Assembly: GCA_963700985.1 (NCBI GenBank)
Contig: OY969554.1
Coordinates: forward strand, 32,001-96,000
Direction of reading: 5' to 3'
Origin: an uncultured Chlamydiales bacterium
GTDB lineage: Bacteria; Chlamydiota; Chlamydiia; Chlamydiales; Rhabdochlamydiaceae
Length of the DNA stretch: 64,000 nucleotides
Both the position numbers and the translations under genes were made by a program. Under the pieces are notes generated by a model that saw only the letters and a program-made list of their open reading frames with translations, was not told where the DNA came from and searched no databases. Shown here in pieces: positions 17,601-26,716 of this stretch. How positions within the stretch are numbered: the stretch's first letter is position 1; the number at the start of each line of letters is the position of its first letter.

Positions 17601-19966
17601 CACTCGGACGCGTGGTGCGCACAGAGAGCAGAAGCTCCAAAGGAGAGCTTGTCTCTTTTGAGAAATTCTTTTACGACGCAGGCGGCAAACTCTGCAAGCA
17701 AGATGGCGAGCTTGTTACTCAAGGTACTCCACATTCTGTAGTTACTACGCTTTGGGAATATGGAGTAATGGGAAGGCTGCTTAGCTTAACCGAAGCTGCC
17801 CATAAACCAGAACAGCGCATAACCCGTTATACCTATGATGCAGCCGGTCTTTTGCATGAGATTATTAAACCCAACGGCATAGTTCTAACGCATAAATATG
17901 ATGTGCTGGGACGGCGCATACGCCTCAGCTCTTCTCAGCCGTCTATTGATTATAGTTATACCTATGACGCGCTTGGACGCATGATCGGCATCAGAAATGA
18001 ATATACTCAACAAGCTACGAGCCGAGAATACGATAAGCGGGGCTGTCTGATTGCAGAAACCCTCGAAACAGGCGTTCCTATGACATATAGCTACGATCCG
18101 CTGGGAAGGCGCACTAACCTCCAATTTATCAACAAATCAGGCGTAGCTTACAAATACGATGCGCTATTTCTGCGTGAGGTCACGCGTTTGGCTAAAGATT
18201 CAACGATTAGCTATGAGCATCGTTACCTTACTTACGACGAGGCAGGCAACCTGCTTGACGAACAGCTTCCTTACACCCTCGGCATGCAAACACGCGACAT
18301 AGACATTCAAGGGCGAACGGTTGCGCTGGATTCGCCTCATGCGCATTTTGCAATTACCGCATTTGACCCAACAGGCAATATTTTACAAACGCGCACATCT
18401 CAAGAAGAGCGTGCCTTTGCCTACGATGACCTTTCTCAGCTTGTATCTGAAAAAGAGCACAGCTATGTCTATGACTCGCATAACAATCGAGTGCAGCAAG
18501 ATCGAGATGCGCATACGCTCAACGCCTTAAACGAACTGGTTAAAACGCCTAACGCAACATTTACTTACGATGCTTGTGGCAATCCGCTCACTCAACAAAC
18601 AGCTGAAAGGACGATCAATTATAAATATGATGCCCTAGATCGCCTAATTGAAGTGCTCTTTCCTTATCAGATGGGGCTTTTGTTTACCTATGACGGGATG
18701 CATCGGCGGCTGACCAAAGAGAAATATGTCTGGGACGGAAGTGCTTGGCAAAGAGAATCTCTCGTTTTTTACATGTATGATGATCAGAATGAAATTGGCA
18801 TGTTGAATCCCAAAGGGGAAATCAAGCAGCTGCGGATTTTGGGACGAGCCAGCAGAGCCGAAGCCGGCGCTGCCATCGCCATAGAACTCGATGACACTGT
18901 TTACATTCCTCAACATGATCTCTTTGGCAACGTGGCCAGCTTAATCTCGCCTATATCAAACGCTAAGGTGGAATCTTATGATTATACTGCCTTTGGCCAA
19001 GAGATTTTGCCAGCGCATGCGCAAAGCGCATTGAAAAACACTTGGAAAAATCCTTGGCGCTATCAATCCAAACGCATCGACGAAGAAACCGGCTTAGTGC
19101 TCTATGGACGCCGCTACTACATGCCTTCACTTGGTCGCTGGCTGACTAACGACCCCAAAGGACATACAGCTCTTAGCAGCCTCTACGCTTTTTGCAGCAA
19201 TAACCCGCTGACACATTTCGACCTCTACGGCCTGGAAGATCTCGTCGAAGAAGAAAGGAACATGCCGCAATCGGAAAGTTCCTTTTTTTCTAAAGTTGGC
19301 TCGTTTGTCTCCTCTTGCGCACGCGATGTTGCTTCTTTTTTCTCTGAATGGTCTAATAATTATACAATCGATGCGCCTATGAGTGAAAACTGCGGCATTG
19401 GGTACATTAATGGAATTAATACGACCTATGCTGAAGCACGCGAACACGCACTAATGCTAAGCGGCTTTTCTGGTACCTCCATTAATCTGACGCACAGCGC
19501 TTCGCATGGCATACAAAATGATCTTCCTTGCTGTGTTTGGGAATATATTGGTGGGGTTACTCTAGGCAAGAGTCTTTTGCAAAAAAACTGGGATAAATTT
19601 CTCGACACCGCTCCTGAAGAGGCAAAATATTTGCAAATTTGCACAAGCGGTGGATGCATTGAATTATATAATGCTTTGGAAAGTTCCCCTCCTGAAGTGA
19701 GAAACAGAATCAAGGTTTTAGCAATTGCACCAGGAAAAATCATCCCTACAAATTTATGTTATCAATCGGAAAATTTCATGAGTAAACGAGACATTGTTCC
19801 TCGGCTAGATCTTTTCGGCCAGGTGAGATATAGAGGTCAGTTGATCATACTTGAACCTCACGATGATGCTGATTCTTTTGATCATTCAATTATGAGTCCA
19901 ACTTTTCGTCCCATCATTCGATCTCGAATTGCAAGTCACATTGAGAACAACCGAGGTAAAAAGTGA
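14684..19966 (+). CDS. RHS/YD-repeat protein with Sec signal and C-terminal alpha/beta-hydrolase-like (DUF687-like) domain
   Basis: Many YD..GR repeats; core PWRYQSKRIDEETGLVLYGRRYY..GRWLTNDP..NNPLTHFDLYGL; C-terminal YINGINT and CTSGGC. Confidence 0.9.
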   Translation: MRKFLFLSLMFAVRVMADLKDPSVLAATDGDPQVTVSQHVNALTGDFTRFQDDYVVPGIEPISIRRIYVSGDGAGENTWQFFPQTKLFFLTGSYTPRIVVGQPSGSFLTYKFKKHRKPDIYLPDLEKHGKGVTNTAHGVISGRTNFKNSKVVQLRNTLYQLTCADGTERVYKNKKGEGIKKYLLEHERLPNRNQIFYEYDDKLRLTLIKTTNPSASKIYAWARFRYLDQKEPSADFNIETSDGKVLEYRFAKEGNEQIGFHTFLKSVNPPEKPKEIFEYSKTGNFMKKIFFPEGREILADYYKGGKNTVLGRDVKLNPNDSRNGRVKILYEQVGPNNEQIGASYFFYSIPREEKHGEYFYKEGTTEVVDAMGCKTIFRFTPSFYPTSIESYDERGQHHHSVQMTWNHIGEIQRKTLLDADRKEVWTREFFYDEKGNVIEERFSGDLCGRGQRETYSKRIKYTPNHLPTRIEEDNGSVTLFSYLAGTPFITAQLQCEGEKILKREFHEYDADNLLVRTISDDGNSSEKENLTAVTYRKITQIQRKQAAPALGFPEVIEQRYLDLASSTEVLLSRQTFTYQGDGKLSRRDIYDAEGNFCYSLHTSYDSMGRPCEESNPLGQIQKTRYDVFGNPTYQESFSGQLTTELVYDKANRLSHAKEVGRDGLIHINQFSYDVKSRKTAAIDHFGNITHFKLNPIGSSLETHLPEAAPWKMQTTSNFDGLGREIVKIDERGDATRFSYNAYGKPTRILYADGSAEQFFYDKNGALAEKLDQRGSITAFTYDVFGREVEKRIYDEKRALLIQETSKYKGDLLVQHVDAVGHEMRYLYDFAGRQIAQENEFQRIEYAYDALGRKRKTLTSDGNHTLHSIKEYDFLERVLEERCEDDSGQVLKRVLYDYDAAGNKSCITRFMSGRESQERFFYDAFNRLIAQVDASGNKTTIEQDETYRNAQTQQVLKKITTDARGMHTYETFDSLGRVVRTESRSSKGELVSFEKFFYDAGGKLCKQDGELVTQGTPHSVVTTLWEYGVMGRLLSLTEAAHKPEQRITRYTYDAAGLLHEIIKPNGIVLTHKYDVLGRRIRLSSSQPSIDYSYTYDALGRMIGIRNEYTQQATSREYDKRGCLIAETLETGVPMTYSYDPLGRRTNLQFINKSGVAYKYDALFLREVTRLAKDSTISYEHRYLTYDEAGNLLDEQLPYTLGMQTRDIDIQGRTVALDSPHAHFAITAFDPTGNILQTRTSQEERAFAYDDLSQLVSEKEHSYVYDSHNNRVQQDRDAHTLNALNELVKTPNATFTYDACGNPLTQQTAERTINYKYDALDRLIEVLFPYQMGLLFTYDGMHRRLTKEKYVWDGSAWQRESLVFYMYDDQNEIGMLNPKGEIKQLRILGRASRAEAGAAIAIELDDTVYIPQHDLFGNVASLISPISNAKVESYDYTAFGQEILPAHAQSALKNTWKNPWRYQSKRIDEETGLVLYGRRYYMPSLGRWLTNDPKGHTALSSLYAFCSNNPLTHFDLYGLEDLVEEERNMPQSESSFFSKVGSFVSSCARDVASFFSEWSNNYTIDAPMSENCGIGYINGINTTYAEAREHALMLSGFSGTSINLTHSASHGIQNDLPCCVWEYIGGVTLGKSLLQKNWDKFLDTAPEEAKYLQICTSGGCIELYNALESSPPEVRNRIKVLAIAPGKIIPTNLCYQSENFMSKRDIVPRLDLFGQVRYRGQLIILEPHDDADSFDHSIMSPTFRPIIRSRIASHIENNRGKK

Positions 19967-20487
19967 GAAATAAATTCGGTTTTGGCTTTGTGTTGGTTGT
20001 GTTTTTGGCATTTTTTAGTTGTCGAGATTCATATAAACCGCATGTAGCTGAAGAAATTGTTGATCAAATGACTTATCCGATTGCTAAGCAGCTTTATGAA
20101 CAAAAAGAGCTATATCAGATAGGTAGTGGTGGAAGGATAGCTAATGATGTAGAGAAGCTTTCCTTAAGCTTTATGTTTTACCATGAGGTAAATGAGGAGC
20201 AAGCGCGCGAGCTCTTACTTAGCGCTTCTCAGGAATACCTTTCCGCCATCAATAACAATGAGAAGCTCCAGCCTTATCTCTATCATCGACCTTTTAAAAT
20301 TGAAGACATAGAAATTAGTGTCTTTTTTCTTAAGCCTGATCGTTCGGAAGTTCCTCCTCCAGACATTTATGTAGCAGAGGTTAGAGATGGAATGTTTGTT
20401 TATAAAGTTGACGATCTTCAAAACAACACCCTTAAAACAGTTCTCAAAGAAACCTACGAAGAGGCGCTCAAGAATAACGCGGGTTAA
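19963..20487 (+). CDS. Lipoprotein, probable cognate immunity protein of the Rhs C-terminal domain
   Basis: 4-nt overlap with the Rhs stop; hydrophobic signal ending FFSC. Confidence 0.6.
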   Translation: MRNKFGFGFVLVVFLAFFSCRDSYKPHVAEEIVDQMTYPIAKQLYEQKELYQIGSGGRIANDVEKLSLSFMFYHEVNEEQARELLLSASQEYLSAINNNEKLQPYLYHRPFKIEDIEISVFFLKPDRSEVPPPDIYVAEVRDGMFVYKVDDLQNNTLKTVLKETYEEALKNNAG

Positions 20488-20505
20488 AATATAAGAGAGG
20501 CATCT

Positions 20506-21525
20506 ATGAAAATGCGGTTATTTGGAATTTTTCTCCTCATGCAAGGTGCTTTATTTGCCAGCGAAACAGCTGAGGAAATAGATGCATACCTAAAGCAGCT
20601 TCCGAAGGCTGAGCTGCATTTGCATCTTGGCGGCTCGTATCCCAAGGAATTTTTGTTTTCAATTTCTACGCCTGAGCAGCAGGCTGAATTAGAGAAAAAC
20701 TTAGGTTTAGTTGCTAAAGGGGTAGATTATCACAGCGTATTTCGTGTTTTTCAAATCATTGGCCAGCTTGTAAATTCTGAGGAAAAGATTCAAAAGGGCA
20801 CAGAAGCGCTCTGTGCGGCCTTGCAAGAGGATGGAGTCTCCTATGTTGAAATCCGCACGGGCTTAAAGAATTTGGGCCAAGGCACAGAGGCCTATCTAAA
20901 TGCTGTTCTAGCTGGGATAAACGCCAGCTCATCTGCTGATTTCGAAGCTAAGTTAATCCTTAGTCTTCAAAGAAATTCTTCGTTAAAAGCTGCACGCGAA
21001 ACAGTAGATTTGGCATTAAAGTATCAAGCTCAAGGGATAGTCGGAATTGACATTTCTGGCGATTCAACCATCGGGCAGGTTGAGATGATTCTGCCAGAAC
21101 TTCTACGCGCCAAAGAGGCGGGGCTATCTTTCGTAATTCATGTAGGCGAATCTCCTGCAGAAACAGACCAAATGCAGCTTTTGGAAGCTTTGCAACCTGC
21201 GCGCATCGGCCATGGAGTGCATCTTTCTGCAGAGGCAAAAGAATGGGTTCTTACGCACCGTGTGCCGCTTGAAGTTTGCCTCACCAGCAGCGTGCTTGTG
21301 CAAATGATCGAACGCTATGATCAGCATCCTGGAATTGAACTCTTCCGCCAGGGCCATCCGATTGTATTTTGCACGGATGATCCTTTGCTATTTTCTACAG
21401 CCCTCTCTAAAGAATTGCTCATCGCACGCAAAATTATTGGCCTATCCAGAGAAGATATTGAAAGAGTCTCAAAAGACGCGTTCGAATATGTATTAAAACC
21501 TATTGCTACCCAGAAAGTTTTTTAA
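20506..21525 (+). CDS. add: Adenosine deaminase family protein with signal peptide
   Basis: PKAELHLHL, YVEIR, HVGE, RIGHG, EVCLTS, CTDDP. Confidence 0.88.
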   Translation: MKMRLFGIFLLMQGALFASETAEEIDAYLKQLPKAELHLHLGGSYPKEFLFSISTPEQQAELEKNLGLVAKGVDYHSVFRVFQIIGQLVNSEEKIQKGTEALCAALQEDGVSYVEIRTGLKNLGQGTEAYLNAVLAGINASSSADFEAKLILSLQRNSSLKAARETVDLALKYQAQGIVGIDISGDSTIGQVEMILPELLRAKEAGLSFVIHVGESPAETDQMQLLEALQPARIGHGVHLSAEAKEWVLTHRVPLEVCLTSSVLVQMIERYDQHPGIELFRQGHPIVFCTDDPLLFSTALSKELLIARKIIGLSREDIERVSKDAFEYVLKPIATQKVF

Positions 21526-21538
21526 CAGCCCAAAATTT

Positions 21539-22654
21539 ATGCAAAAATATTTAAGTCTAGCCATTTCCCTCTTTTGTGTTTTGTTTGTGTCGTGTGTGGA
21601 AGGAAGAGAGCCTCCATTTCCATATTCCGAAGTCGAAGGTGGATTTGTAACTCAAACAGGTGATCCTCAAAAGCTGGTCGAATTTTTCTTTCTTAAACCT
21701 CATGGGAAGGGGCCTTTCCCAGTTATCTTTTTGCCTGTGGCAAATCATGACCTTGGTGCCAAGGCATTAGTGGATTTTGGGTATTTAACCCGTTTTGCAT
21801 CGGAAGGGGTTGTGGCAGTAGCGATTTCTGCGCCTGGATTTGGTGCTTCTGAAGGAGAGAGAGATTTTTCAGGTCCTAATTCTCAAAAGGCAATCATAGC
21901 AGTGATCGATCATTTCAAAATTTTGCCTATGATCGATCGGACGAAAATGGCAATTTACGGCATGAATAGAAATGCTACATTGGCCAGCATGGTAAGTGCA
22001 CATTGCACAGATCTTTCCTTACAAATTCTTGAAAGCGGTGAATATGACTTAACACTAAGACGCGAGTATTTGCCAGATTATCTTAAAAGTTTAGGGCTGC
22101 AGGCAAACATGCTCAAAGAAGTCGGCGATGATCCTCAAGCATTAATGGATAGATCTAGTCTTTACCATACGCAAACCGTACATCAAAAAACTCTGATCTT
22201 GCACGGAGAGTTAGATAACCATCATGGGCTTCCATCGGCACGGGCATTGCATGAGAAATTAATAGAAGAAGGAAAGGAGAGTTATCTAAAAATCTATTCC
22301 AATGGCCTGCACGAACTTGGCAGGGAAAAATGGGGAGATGTCGTTTCCTTTCTAAGAGAACATTTTTTCGGATTAGTGGGCATTGGTATTAAATTGGAGC
22401 AAATCGGTTCGGTTATTCAGATTGCTAAAGTGCTTGCAGACTCGCCCGCCGCACTTTCAGGAAAGCTTAGAGTTGGAGATACTATTTTAGGAATATCTCC
22501 AAATAATGATGAGTTCGTAATTAATGCCGTAGATCTTCCTCTTAAAGAAGCAATTTCTCACATTCGCGGTAAGAAAAAGAGTGCTGTGCGCCTTCACGTA
22601 GCACATTTTGATTATGAGACAGAAGAGGTTGTTGTCGAGAGAGTTGGTTGGTAA
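21539..22654 (+). CDS. S9-like alpha/beta hydrolase fold fused to C-terminal PDZ domain (nucleophile motif degenerate)
   Basis: GPFPVI, PGFGASEG, LILHGELD, GLH; PDZ GIGIKL..SPAALSGKLRVGD; YGMNRNA where GxSxG is expected. Confidence 0.75.
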   Translation: MQKYLSLAISLFCVLFVSCVEGREPPFPYSEVEGGFVTQTGDPQKLVEFFFLKPHGKGPFPVIFLPVANHDLGAKALVDFGYLTRFASEGVVAVAISAPGFGASEGERDFSGPNSQKAIIAVIDHFKILPMIDRTKMAIYGMNRNATLASMVSAHCTDLSLQILESGEYDLTLRREYLPDYLKSLGLQANMLKEVGDDPQALMDRSSLYHTQTVHQKTLILHGELDNHHGLPSARALHEKLIEEGKESYLKIYSNGLHELGREKWGDVVSFLREHFFGLVGIGIKLEQIGSVIQIAKVLADSPAALSGKLRVGDTILGISPNNDEFVINAVDLPLKEAISHIRGKKKSAVRLHVAHFDYETEEVVVERVGW

Positions 22655-22665
22655 ATTTATCGAAG

Positions 22666-23802
22666 CTATTCTTCTGTAAAAAGATGTCCGGATTTATGAC
22701 AGAGGGAGAGAAAAGCTTTTTCCAATTCTTCTTGCGAAAACTTTTGCGTAGTGATGTAACCGAGCGGATCCTGGCACTGCCGATTGCACTTCATGAAATA
22801 GCCATTAAGCCGAGTAGTATCGCGAGTTTTATCAGCTGCAACTTTTGTATGTGCGTGAAACATTTCTCCATCAACAAGTAGTTGCACAAGGGGATGAAGA
22901 GGCCCTACGCGAAAGAGTTCGGTTAACTGCTTGGGTGTAACGCTCAATGCCAGAAAACTATGCGTCATCGGTTCATCCCACTTCGAATAGGTAAGGGCCG
23001 TGGCTTCGAGCGAAAAAAATGTTCCTCCAAGTAGAGTTGAGCCAAATGAGAGAGCGTGTCCGCTTTTTTCATTTAACTCGAGAGTTGATGGATAGCCTTT
23101 GCCGCGATATCCGCGATAGAGCACCCATTCTCCGTTTTCATGTGCTTTGCGTTCGATTTTTACTAACTCGATGAGGCGCGCCTCATCTTTTAATGCTGTA
23201 TAGAAAAGCTGTGCCGAATTGGGGTTGTGATTCCAAGAGGAGCGCCAGAAAGGAAATTTTTTTTCAGGCCACTGATCAAAAGGTGGAAGCTCTGCTACTG
23301 CCAGACGCACCATTTCTGAATCAGAACCATGGGCGCGTTTATACAAATTAGAGACTGCTGTATTAACTAAGAAGAAAAGTTGAGAGAGCTCTGGTAGAGC
23401 CTTTGATTGCGCATCAAAATACTCTACAATCTCCCGCATGTTTGAGGAAGAAGCCAAACGTGGATGAAGCAGCTCATCATAAGAGAGCGGCTCCCAATCA
23501 GGTCCAGAACATGCTAATATGCTTTGGCGAACAGCAGGATCATTAAAAAAAGAATGTATCGCGGCGAGCTGCCAAATCGCCGGAGGCACCCATTCGATGC
23601 GCAGCTGCGGTGCAATTTTAAGGCATTCTGCTTTTAGATCGCATGGATTCTCTTCATAAAAAACTCTGGGGGGCTCGGCACGTAGGAGCAGTTCGAAGAG
23701 TTTCTTTCGCTGTTCATGGCTCGGCTGCTCATCATAAAAAAGAACGTAGGTGGCCGAAAGTGGGCTTAAAAAAAGAAGAAGAAGCGCGATAAGAGTTTTC
23801 AA
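22666..23802 (-). CDS. Hypothetical secreted protein
   Basis: 378 aa ORF with signal peptide (TTG start); LYRGY and LSFG motifs; family not recognised. Confidence 0.6.
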   Translation of the reverse strand: MKTLIALLLLFLSPLSATYVLFYDEQPSHEQRKKLFELLLRAEPPRVFYEENPCDLKAECLKIAPQLRIEWVPPAIWQLAAIHSFFNDPAVRQSILACSGPDWEPLSYDELLHPRLASSSNMREIVEYFDAQSKALPELSQLFFLVNTAVSNLYKRAHGSDSEMVRLAVAELPPFDQWPEKKFPFWRSSWNHNPNSAQLFYTALKDEARLIELVKIERKAHENGEWVLYRGYRGKGYPSTLELNEKSGHALSFGSTLLGGTFFSLEATALTYSKWDEPMTHSFLALSVTPKQLTELFRVGPLHPLVQLLVDGEMFHAHTKVAADKTRDTTRLNGYFMKCNRQCQDPLGYITTQKFSQEELEKAFLSLCHKSGHLFTEE

Positions 23803-23920
23803 TCAATTCTCAGGGCTCAGACGAAATTATCATAGAGGATACCATTGAGAACTTGTAAGTGCAATATCACTTTTGCATCTATCTGGTAAATTATGAATTG
23901 TTCTATTTTAGATCAAAAAT

Positions 23921-24823
23921 GTGAGGGAGATCATGGCAATTAAAGTGGGCTTTATTGGATTAGGCAGCATGGGCCTTCCCATGGCACACAATATTCTCAA
24001 AGGAGAGCTTCCTCTCTGGGTTTACAATCGGACAAAAGAGAAAGCCACATCACTGATTGAGAAAGGCGCCAAATGGGCCGCGACGCCGGCAGAGCTGGCA
24101 GCTCAGTGTGATATCGTGGTGAGTATGGTGGCCAATGATGATGCCTTAACAGAGATAGTAGACGGGCCTTCTGGAATCATGCGCTCGACAAAAAAGCCTT
24201 CGATTCACATTTCTATGAGCACAGTTTCTCCGGATTTATGCGCCTCTTTAGAAAAGGAGCATCAAGAGAACGGGATGACATTTTTATCCGCTCCCGTCAC
24301 TGGCAGACCTGAACGTGCCCAGGCAGGCACCTTATTTATTTTTTTGGCCGGTAATGCCAAAGCAAAGCAAACCGCCACACCCGTTCTAGAGAAGATGAGC
24401 ACGAAGATTTTTGATCTGGGCGATCATTCAAGCCACGCTGCGCTCTTTAAACTCTGCAATAACTTCATGATTTTGGGTTTTCTTGAAACGTTTGCGGAAG
24501 CCGCTACCATGCTAGAAAAAGGGGGGATTTCCACCGAAAAAGCCTCAGAAATTTGGGGTGGATCACTTTTTGATTCTCCGCTTTTTCACACCTATTCACC
24601 CATGATGAGCAAACGCAATTTTGCAGATGGCGGATTCGCTTTGGATTTAGGGTTAAAAGATATTCGACTTCTTCAAAGCTGTGCAGATCGTTCGCAGGTT
24701 CCAATGCCTATTCTTGCAGAACTACAAGCAAAGCTATTGGCTAGTATGAACCGAGGGCGAGGAAAATTTGACTGGTCTGCAATTGCGCTTTTGACGCGTG
24801 AACTTGCTGGGTTAAAGCCTTAA
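23921..24823 (+). CDS. NAD(P)-dependent oxidoreductase, 3-hydroxyisobutyrate/6-phosphogluconate dehydrogenase family
   Basis: VGFIGLGSMGLPMA, YNRT, APVTG, KLCNN, GLKDI. Confidence 0.9.
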   Translation: MREIMAIKVGFIGLGSMGLPMAHNILKGELPLWVYNRTKEKATSLIEKGAKWAATPAELAAQCDIVVSMVANDDALTEIVDGPSGIMRSTKKPSIHISMSTVSPDLCASLEKEHQENGMTFLSAPVTGRPERAQAGTLFIFLAGNAKAKQTATPVLEKMSTKIFDLGDHSSHAALFKLCNNFMILGFLETFAEAATMLEKGGISTEKASEIWGGSLFDSPLFHTYSPMMSKRNFADGGFALDLGLKDIRLLQSCADRSQVPMPILAELQAKLLASMNRGRGKFDWSAIALLTRELAGLKP

Positions 24824-24836
24824 GAACCTGTCTAAT

Positions 24837-25379
24837 ATGATAAAAATCTTAGCAATTTCAGGCAGCCTCAGGCGCTTTTCATCTAACACAGCTCTTCTTC
24901 AGGCAGCTGCAAGTTTAATGCCTCCACATATTGAGATATCGATCTATCAAGGGCTGGGCGGTTTGCCTCTTTTTAATCCAGATCTGGAGGGTTTTGAAGC
25001 GCCAGAAGTAATGGATTTTCGCGCTCAATTACGCATAGCCGATGGAGTGTTGATCGCCAGCCCTGAATATGCGCACGGTATAACTGGTGTCTTGAAAAAC
25101 GCGCTCGACTGGGTTGTTGGAAGCGGAGAGTTTGTGCAGAAACCCGTCGCGCTACTCAATGCATCTTTGCGTGCTATGCATGCGCCTGAATCTCTCAAAG
25201 AGGTGCTCAAGACCATGGATGCACAGATCGTGCTATCAGAGATTATTCCTCTTCCGAACAATAAAGTTGATAAGACTGCGATTCTTGCTCAAGATACTCT
25301 GTCAATCCCACTCCGTAGAGCCATTGAGACTTTTGTGTGCACAATTAAGCCTGAAGTTTGTGCTCCTATTTCCGTTTAA
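24837..25379 (+). CDS. NADPH-dependent FMN reductase
   Basis: ISGSLR..SSN, LPLFNPD, SPEYAHG..GVLKNALDW. Confidence 0.92.
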   Translation: MIKILAISGSLRRFSSNTALLQAAASLMPPHIEISIYQGLGGLPLFNPDLEGFEAPEVMDFRAQLRIADGVLIASPEYAHGITGVLKNALDWVVGSGEFVQKPVALLNASLRAMHAPESLKEVLKTMDAQIVLSEIIPLPNNKVDKTAILAQDTLSIPLRRAIETFVCTIKPEVCAPISV

Positions 25380-25457
25380 GAAATGTTCCTGAATTTTTGA
25401 ATGGAACAAATTAGAGTGTTCTGTAAAATTCATACGTTTATCTTATAGGAGTTTCTT

Positions 25458-26045
25458 ATGAAAAAATGGATTTTGATCGTCGTTGCGGTTTTTAGTTGTT
25501 CAGCTACATTTGCTGATGGACCAGAGAAGACCGAAACTCTTTTATCAAAAGTCGTTATGCAGAACACAAACGGCTTTTTTGTACTTTCAGATGGAAGCTG
25601 CTGGAAAGCGATGGGTTTTGCCAGAAGATGGAGAAGCCTTGGCGAGTGGTGGAATGGTGTTCAATTAGCTCCAGAAAAATACGAATGTGTTCCAAATGAC
25701 TGGTATCCTGGTGCACAAATTGAAGTTTATCCTAAATATGGCAATTTGGATGTCTCTGAAGCAAATGCATCCAACCAAGAAGCTCTTAAGCAGTGCACAC
25801 ACTTGCTCCTGAATACCAAAAACGGACAAGTTCTATTTGCAATTGCTCTTAAGCTTGAGGATTGTGTTGTTTCGATCTTCAATGAAGCTCATGAAAATGG
25901 GTATAGCAAAGGCTTTTCAGAAGGGCGTTTACAAAGCTATAAAAACGCCACTGAAATCTATAACAGCGGCCGTGCAGATGGTCATAGAGCTGGTTATAGC
26001 GAAGGCTATAAAGCCGGTATAAACAATGAGCAACCCGGTAATTAG
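25458..26045 (+). CDS. Hypothetical secreted protein with C-terminal GY/GF..G repeats
   Basis: Signal peptide; LSDGSCW; GYSKGFSEG...GYSEGYKAG. Confidence 0.65.
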   Translation: MKKWILIVVAVFSCSATFADGPEKTETLLSKVVMQNTNGFFVLSDGSCWKAMGFARRWRSLGEWWNGVQLAPEKYECVPNDWYPGAQIEVYPKYGNLDVSEANASNQEALKQCTHLLLNTKNGQVLFAIALKLEDCVVSIFNEAHENGYSKGFSEGRLQSYKNATEIYNSGRADGHRAGYSEGYKAGINNEQPGN

Positions 26046-26062
26046 TTTCTCTTAATTCATAA

Positions 26063-26085
26063 AAGCCAGGAGTTCCTCCTGGCTT
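26063..26085 (+). terminator. Terminator hairpin
   Basis: aagccaggag-ttc-ctcctggctt followed by acttt. Confidence 0.6.
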
Positions 26086-26214
26086 ACTTTAAATCTTTTT
26101 AATCGCTATATGTTAGATAGCGACCTTTCTTAGCCTAAAAAGAATCTCGACGATACTTTTACGATCTATACCAAACGTGTACACCAGAGGAAGGCAAAGA
26201 GTTAAAGTAAAATT

Positions 26215-26709
26215 ATGCGCATACTTTTCAAAATGAAACGAGAGTTCTACCGCATCCTGCCGGTGTTTTTCTTCTTTTTAGTGTTTTTTACATTGATCAA
26301 TTGGATTGAGGCATTTTTGTTTGAGCGGATGGGTGTTACACCCTTTGGCTTTCTGGAAGTGGCTATTGCGGCCGCCCTGATTGCTAAAGTTATCCTCGTG
26401 GTGGACTGCTTAAACATCACACATGTCTTTAGAAAAAAGCCGCTGGCTTACGCCATCCTTTGGAAAACAACCCTCTATTGGATTATCTTGCTGATCGTAC
26501 GTCTGCTACTTCGATTTGTGCCCATTTATTTTAGCGCTGATGCTGGCTTTAAGAACGATCTTTCGAAGATGATAAATGAGATCAATTGGAACCTATTCAT
26601 TTCGATTCAAGCCTACTATCTCATGCTGCTCTTCATCTTCGTCACCTTCCAAGAGCTCGCCGCCAAAATCGGCCCCGCTAAAATGCGCCAACTGTTCTTC
26701 GGCAGGTGA
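26215..26709 (+). CDS. Hypothetical membrane protein
   Basis: Four hydrophobic segments. Confidence 0.65.
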   Translation: MRILFKMKREFYRILPVFFFFLVFFTLINWIEAFLFERMGVTPFGFLEVAIAAALIAKVILVVDCLNITHVFRKKPLAYAILWKTTLYWIILLIVRLLLRFVPIYFSADAGFKNDLSKMINEINWNLFISIQAYYLMLLFIFVTFQELAAKIGPAKMRQLFFGR

Positions 26710-26716
26710 AGACTTG

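Noticed and set aside
23835-23858. gaggataccattgagaacttgtaa resembling the att arm
   Set aside because: Only 17/24 match and the tmRNA-derived half is missing; could be chance in AT-rich DNA
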